Part shown: positions 30,983 through 35,424 of the stretch, piece after piece
Position numbering within the stretch: the first letter of the stretch is position 1
Layout: every line of letters begins with the position of its first letter
From: Saprolegnia diclina VS20
Lineage: Eukaryota
NCBI RefSeq assembly: GCF_000281045.1
Contig: NW_008246126.1
Span: 96,868-132,291, forward strand
DNA length: 35,424 nt
Direction: 5' to 3'
Position numbers and translations under genes: made by a program
The notes under the pieces: model-generated
Told to the model about the DNA's origin: nothing
The model's input: only the letters and a program-made list of their open reading frames with translations
Database searches by the model: none

Positions 30983-32539
30983 ATGAAGACCAGCGCGGTG
31001 CTCTGCCTCATGGCGCTAGCAGCGTCGGCGTCGGCGACGCTCCGTGGCGCCACGTACATGCTCGTGGAAGGCAACAGCGATACGCCTGTATTCCTCGAGC
31101 AAGGCGAGGCGATGGCAGCGACGTACAACCAGCCGCCGCCCTCGTACAAGAAACCAAGCAAGAAGCCTGCGGCGTCGTACAGCAAACCGTCGACCAAGCC
31201 ATCGGAAAAGCCCAAGCAGCCGACGGGCTACCCCGCCGAGAAGAAACAGCCCTACATCTTTGTGTCCGAGGACATGGACGACGCCGACATTGGTCGAGCG
31301 GTGCTCGACGCCATGCGCGACGACGCCGAATCGTACGCGCCTCCGTCGCAGTCGTATGGCCAGCCACCGGCTTCCAATTACCAGCAGCCGCCTCCGTCGT
31401 CGTACCAGCAGCCGCCTCCGTCGTCGTACCAGTCGCCGCCTCCGTCGTCGTACCAGCAGCCGCCCCCGACGTACGGAAAGCCGTCGTCGCCATACCAGCA
31501 ACCGCCCTCGTCGTATCAGCAACCACCTTCGTCGTATCAGCAGCCACCTTCGTCCTACCAGCAACCGCCGCCGAAGAAGAAGCCCACGTACCAGCGCCCG
31601 ACGACGTACCTCAAGCCGTCGTCGTCCTACCAGAAGCCGTCCTCGTACCAGAAACCGGCGTCACCGTACCAAAAGCCGTCGCCGTCGTACAACAAGCCCC
31701 AGCCTTCGACCGGCGAGAAGCCTTGTCCGTCCCATGAAGGCGCCAACACGGTGCCCAGGGGCAAGTACTTTGTCCTTGTCTCTGACGACCCGGAGGACAC
31801 GGAGGAGGTCGACGATATTGCGTACGACGTTGTTGACGACGACGGCGACGTGTTCCTTGACACTTGGAAATCCAACGCCGACATGGAAGCCCGTAAGAAG
31901 AAGAAGAAGGCGAAGAAGCCAACCAAGTACAACCTCTTGGACCAGCGCCTCCGCCTCGTGGCGTTGACGGACGCCAACGTCAACGACTATTCGGAGGTCA
32001 TGGACGACGGCGACTATCTGATTGAGACCAACCAGCACACCGCCAACGACGACGAAGCCGTGTTCTTGGCCGACGACGGGCCGTCCGCCGGCGTCCCGAA
32101 TGCCGGGTTCAAACCCGACAAGAAGAAGACCAACTTTTTCAACAACGGCAAGGCGATGCTCACGGGCGAGACGTTCGACGACGTTGTCCGTGACGCTGAG
32201 AACGTCTTCATTGCGGACCGGAAGCGCGTGCCGCAGCATTACCACAAGAAACCGGCGCGCGTCCTCGACACGATCGACGATGAGGACGAGGACACGAGTG
32301 GCTTGGACATCGAGAACCGGCGGCCGACGCATTTGTTGACGCCGTCGTCGGGCGGCGGGTTCAACAGCAACTCGGGCGTGAAGACTTACTTTTTGCGCGC
32401 TGTGTCCGAAGACGACGGCGACGAGGACGTTGGCGATGCGGTCAACGACGGTGAGGTCAACGGCGGCGACGACAACTATGACGACGACTATGACGCCAAC
32501 TATGAGCTCCCGAATCCGTGGGAAGACACTGACAACTAA
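30983..32539 (+). CDS. Secreted repetitive protein with YQQPPPSS/YQKPSS repeats and acidic blocks; possible wall or matrix structural protein
   Basis: Signal peptide MKTSAVLCLMALAASASA. Intronless. Tandem 21/24-bp repeats at ~31378-31690. Asp/Glu-rich C-terminal half. Confidence 0.85.
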   Translation: MKTSAVLCLMALAASASATLRGATYMLVEGNSDTPVFLEQGEAMAATYNQPPPSYKKPSKKPAASYSKPSTKPSEKPKQPTGYPAEKKQPYIFVSEDMDDADIGRAVLDAMRDDAESYAPPSQSYGQPPASNYQQPPPSSYQQPPPSSYQSPPPSSYQQPPPTYGKPSSPYQQPPSSYQQPPSSYQQPPSSYQQPPPKKKPTYQRPTTYLKPSSSYQKPSSYQKPASPYQKPSPSYNKPQPSTGEKPCPSHEGANTVPRGKYFVLVSDDPEDTEEVDDIAYDVVDDDGDVFLDTWKSNADMEARKKKKKAKKPTKYNLLDQRLRLVALTDANVNDYSEVMDDGDYLIETNQHTANDDEAVFLADDGPSAGVPNAGFKPDKKKTNFFNNGKAMLTGETFDDVVRDAENVFIADRKRVPQHYHKKPARVLDTIDDEDEDTSGLDIENRRPTHLLTPSSGGGFNSNSGVKTYFLRAVSEDDGDEDVGDAVNDGEVNGGDDNYDDDYDANYELPNPWEDTDN

Positions 32540-33163
32540 GCGCATCGTTGGTTATCCATTTCCATCATCACAAACAATATATACACCCTGCTTTTGGACT
32601 CTTCTTTGTTCCTCAAGCTTGCCACTGGGGTTAGGTCGTAGCATGTAGCCGGCCAATTCCTGGTAAGAGGACATGCGCTTTGGCTTGGTCTCCCATAGCG
32701 CCATCAGGGCACCCGGTTTCTCATAGATCGGCGGTGGTGTGATTCTCTAAGATACTAGGGTGTAACTAGCGCTGGAGGGTTATAGCTTAGTGGTACTGGC
32801 TGGATCCGTGATGACAACACGACGCAATTGCACTTCAAGTGAACACGACAGCGGACGCACTTCCTCGAGTTGGGTGCGTTGGTCGACCCGCCAATATCAA
32901 AGAACCAAATTATTGATTCGACGTCGGTCGGAGGGGCCCCTGTCGCGTGCATTCAACGAGTCGGCGTCGACGGTTACTCATGCGTGCACAGGTTGTCGAC
33001 CGCGTCTGGCAATTGTTCGCCGGCTCGACGATTGCTCGAATCGAAGCCATCGATTTTTGCTCTGGAACAAGAACATTGCGCTTCATCTTGCCCTTCTCTT
33101 GCTCGATGTCGAAGGTGGTCGGTTGGTGCGGTGGCAATGTGTGCGGTCGACTCATTCTTCAAC

Positions 33164-35424
33164 ATGCTTCGTGGCGCCGCCGGTCTTGCATTTGCGATGG
33201 GGGCCGCGACGGCCTCCTTCCGCAGCGGCACGTACATTTGCGACACATGGAACGCGTGGAATTGCTTCCCCGACGTCCCGACGATTGTGCGCTGGAGCGA
33301 CGACGGCGTCGGCGTCGAGTGCATGTCGACGGACGGCAAGACGTGTTTGCCGACGACGACGCCCGACGCCTGCATCCAGCTCAAGCGACAACCGCCGACG
33401 TACACGTCAAACATCAAGTGCTCGATGAGTTTGCCCAAAGATCATTCGTTCGACTGGTGTTCTGCTGCGAAGGCCCATCTCACGCACCTCGACGAGTCCA
33501 CGGTAGTGACGCCGCCACCAACGCAGTCATCCTACGCTACGTTGGCGCCGAAAGCTTCCACATCGTCGCCTTATGCGACAACGACTGCCCCCCAGTCGTA
33601 CGGAACACCCGTACCAAGCTCCGACGCCCCCAAAGCGACGACTGCTGCGCCTAAACCATCGACGACGGGTCCGTACGGCACGGCGACGCCTAACACCGAC
33701 GCCCCGAGACCGGCGACGACAAGCAAGCCGTTGACGCCGACGCCGTATGGTACGGCGCCCCCGAGAACCGNNNNNNNNNNNNNNNNNNNNNNNNNNNNNN
33801 NNNNNNNNNNNNNNNNNNNNNNNNNNNNNNNNNNNNNNNNNNNNNNNNNNNNNNNNNNNNNNNNNNNNNNNNNNNNNNNNNNNNNNNNNNNNNNNNNNNN
33901 NNNNNNNNNNNNNNNNNNNNNNNNNNNNNNNNNNNNNNNNNNNNNNNNNNNNNNNNNNNNNNNNNNNNNNNNNNNNNNNNNNNNNNNNNNNNNNNNNNNN
34001 NNNNNNNNNNNNNNNNNNNNNNNNNNNNNNNNNNNNNNNNNNNNNNNNNNNNNNNNNNNNNNNNNNNNNNNNNNNNNNNNNNNNNNNNNNNNNNNNNNNN
34101 NNNNNNNNNNNNNNNNNNNNNNNNNNNNNNNNNNNNNNNNNNNNNNNNNNNNNNNNNNNNNNNNNNNNNNNNNNNNNNNNNNNNNNNNNNNNNNNNNNNN
34201 NNNNNNNNNNNNNNNNNNNNNNNNNNNNNNNNNNNNNNNNNNNNNNNNNNNNNNNNNNNNNNNNNNNNNNNNNNNNNNNNNNNNNNNNNNNNNNNNNNNN
34301 NNNNNNNNNNNNNNNNNNNNNNNNNNNNNNNNNNNNNNNNNNNNNNNNNNNNNNNNNNNNNNNNNNNNNNNNNNNNNNNNNNNNNNNNNNNNNNNNNNNN
34401 NNNNNNNNNNNNNNNNNNNNNNNNNNNNNNNNNNNNNNNNNNNNNNNNNNNNNNNNNNNNNNNNNNNNNNNNNNNNNNNNNNNNNNNNNNNNNNNNNNNN
34501 NNNNNNNNNNNNNNNNNNNNNNNNNNNNNNNNNNNNNNNNNNNNNNNNNNNNNNNNNNNNNNNNNNNNNNNNNNNNNNNNNNNNNNNNNNNNNNNNNNNN
34601 NNNNNNNNNNNNNNNNNNNNNNNNNNNNNNNNNNNNNNNNNNNNNNNNNNNNNNNNNNNNNNNNNNNNNNNNNNNNNNNNNNNNNNNNNNNNNNNTATGG
34701 AACGCCCGTGCCGGCGACGAATGCACCGAAGGCTACAACGGCGGCTCCCGTGGCGACGACAGCAGCTCCCAAGACCGCAACCGTTGCTCCCGCGGCGACG
34801 ACAGCAGCTCCCAAGACTACAACCATTGCTCCGTATGGGACGCCCGTGCCGGCGACGAATGCACCGAAGGCTACAACGGCGGCTCCTGTGGCGACAACGG
34901 CGGCTCCCGTGGCGACAACGGCGGCTCCCGTGGCGACAACGGCGGCTCCCGTGGCGACAACGGTTGCTCCCACGGCGACGACAGCAGCCCCCAAGACCAC
35001 AACCGTTGCTCCGTATGGAACGCCCGTGCCGGCAACGACACTGGCTCCCAAACTATCGACTGTTGCACCGACAGATACTCCCAAGACCACTACAGCAATC
35101 CCTAAGACATCGACACTGGCTCCCGAGCCAACAACGATGACCCCGTACGGTACGCCAGTGTCTACTACCAGTGCACCGAAGGCGACGACATCGGCCCCGA
35201 AGTCCTCGACAGTTGCTCCGACGCCGTCGACGCCGGCAGCTTATGGAACACCAGTGCCACCTACGATTGTACCGACGACCACCGCCGTACCGATGGCAAC
35301 GACGGTAGCTCCGAAGACGACGACGCCAAGTCCCTACACCACACCAGTGCCTGCTACCTCTGCTCCGAAGGCTACAACGGTCGCGCCACAGCCATCGACA
35401 CCGGCACCATACAGGACGCAGGCG
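33164..35424 (+). CDS. Secreted mucin-like protein: signal peptide, small Cys/Trp-rich domain, long T/A/P repeats with a recurring PYGTP motif; spans a gap and runs off the window
   Basis: Start MLRGAAGLAFAMGAATA preceded by an initiator-like TCATTC. Domain WNCFPDVPTIVRWSDDGVGVECMSTDGKTC..WC. After the gap a frame reads YGTPVPATNAPKATTAAPVATTAAPK.. and is open to the end. Confidence 0.82.
34696..35045 (+). repeat. Hierarchical coding minisatellite: 21-bp units inside 138/180-bp higher-order units
   Basis: TATGG(A/G)ACGCCCGTGCCGGC recurs at 34696, 34834 and 35014 (spacings 138 and 180 = 138 + 2x21), with GCGGCTCCCGTGGCGACAACG units in between. Confidence 0.9.

Noticed and set aside
30983..31100. 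RxLR or Crinkler effector motif in the secreted proteins
   Set aside because: ATLRG is not RxLR, and no dEER or LxLFLAK motif was seen.
32870..33163. N-terminal extension of the 756-aa ORF
   Set aside because: It begins at a non-ATG codon. An initiator-like element and a signal peptide support ATG 33164 instead.
34696..35045. Regular repeats as a CRISPR array
   Set aside because: The units are contiguous, codon-multiple and encode mucin. There are no unique spacers or cas genes, and the DNA is eukaryotic.

Overview
Eukaryotic, GC-rich, gene-dense DNA with many 45-55 bp GT..AG introns, oomycete-type initiator elements and four N-gaps. It most resembles a Saprolegniales-like oomycete (inference from sequence style only). 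The right two-thirds is mostly housekeeping and secreted-protein genes: a double-UBL/BAG-like protein, GH63 glucosidase I, GGPP synthase, a DUF4419-like protein, two EGF-like transmembrane paralogs, a WDR47-like WD40 protein, an OST3/OST6 subunit, a small MIT protein, a YQQPPPSS-repeat secreted protein and a mucin. The left ~16.4 kb is an accessory, rearranged region. There one ~50-aa helical module I cannot name (consensus LMxAIQxLQPLLTKxAVxAYPSHxLDLAVQCIAALPxETSAVVAEVQKLRY) appears eight times in five genes, plus one frameshifted relic. It is fused to a Myb/SANT domain, to a spliced pseudokinase (HRT for HRD, NFE for DFG), or stands alone or in tandem. The region also holds further Myb copies, a degenerate Ty1/Copia element and an internally deleted PIF/Harbinger-like element with 47-bp TIRs. 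This module-sharing cluster is the best candidate for an undescribed system. No CRISPR, rRNA or tRNA genes were seen.
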